A stretch of 64,000 nucleotides of DNA from Hydrolagus colliei (lineage: Eukaryota). Position numbers and translations under genes: made by a program. The stretch spans positions 21,762,001 to 21,826,000 of the forward strand of contig CM068747.1 of the NCBI GenBank assembly GCA_035084275.1, read 5' to 3'. The notes beneath the pieces are model-generated. The model did not search any database and was not told where the DNA came from. It saw only the letters and a list, made by a program, of their open reading frames with translations. Below, piece after piece: positions 62,906-64,000 of the stretch; positions within the stretch are counted from its first letter, which is position 1; every line of letters starts with the position of its first letter.

Positions 62906-64000
62906 CAGTTTTTTGTCGATGGTGCCAATATAATGGTGATAGGTAGAGACTTAAAGAGCTTCTTCTTGAAATACGTTATTTATATTCAACCTTTGCCAAA
63001 GTGTCTCTCAAAACCCAAGATGGTTATTCAACTCTTTTTTTCTCTTCTCTTTACGGACAGGGCAATAGGAGTGACAACAAAAACAAATTACACTTGTATA
63101 GCACCCTTCATATCGGAAAGATGTCCCAGAGCTTGACAGTACTTGATATGTGAGTATAGGAGCAGCTATTAATACAGTCATAGGGGTGAAGTTTGGGATA
63201 TTTTGTTATGTGGCTTCTTTCAATTGTTGGGATAAGCTATGATGGACTTCTTTATGCACAGATGGTATTCTTATAACCAAGAAAACTGAGTGTTAGGTTT
63301 TCCCTTTCTTGTGGTAACACGTTTCAGTCAGGATATCCTCCACCTTTTGACTCAACCAACAACCTAACAAGTGAAAACATCTCAAAGCGCTTTGCACCCA
63401 ATAGCCAATGAATAATGAATGAATAATGTGTACTTTTAAATATGTGGAACTGGATAGAAATTTGATAAATTTGCAGGTTAAAACAAAGTACAGAAAATAA
63501 ATTCCTTCATGATTGGAATTCCCAATTACCTTGTCCCAGACTTGAACAATCTTGACCTATGGAAAGCACAAATGCATCATCCCTTCAGATACCCTGCCTT
63601 TCATTGAGCTGTTACATTTCAATTGTTCTAGTTCGGCCTTATTATTCAATACATATTTACAAACTTCATACTTAATCAACTGGAGCTCCAGATGCTTAGC
63701 ACAAATGCTGTGACTTGCACCATAAACATAAATGGAATATTTAATTCAATAGATGGGAACTTTAGAACAGTTATTGTGGTGTAATGATGCTAACATGCCA
63801 GCAAATGCCTTTATTTCAACAGTGTTTGTGTTTTTTTCCCTTTGATTTTATGTGAATAATATTGTATGCACGCTTGCAATGGAATGGCAATCCTAGACTG
63901 CTCCAAAACTAAAAAGTAGGGAGTGACTACGGCTGAACAATAATAAGCTGCACAGATACATCCCGTCTGATATGCATCGGTAATACAATCATGTGTTGAT

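Overview
This is vertebrate genomic DNA, and its repeat content points to a cartilaginous fish (inference): L2 and CR1 LINEs, a tRNA-headed SINE with a Deu-like core and L2-type tail, AmnSINE2-like relics, and hAT and Tigger MITEs. The only protein-coding gene I can support is the 5' end of ZC3H15 (DFRP1) on the minus strand. Its coding exons 1-3 lie at 5473-5402, 1196-1095 and 225-117, and the gene continues off the left edge. It has a CpG-rich promoter with ETS and RFX motifs, directly abutted by a C-poor GA/GT minisatellite. The ~58 kb upstream contains no recognisable coding exon and consists of transposon relics and AT-rich unique DNA. Almost all long ORFs in the track are LINE reverse-transcriptase fragments, their antisense shadows, or low-complexity artefacts. 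I found no convincing novel multi-gene system. The most interesting observations concern transposon mechanics: a hAT MITE family with shared CGATAT-array ends but unrelated cores, a perfect fold-back at a CR1 5' junction, nested insertions with TSDs, a strong SINE orientation skew and a decayed hammerhead-like motif. Repeat family names come from recalled consensus features, not from a database search, and repeat boundaries lacking a TSD or TIR are approximate.
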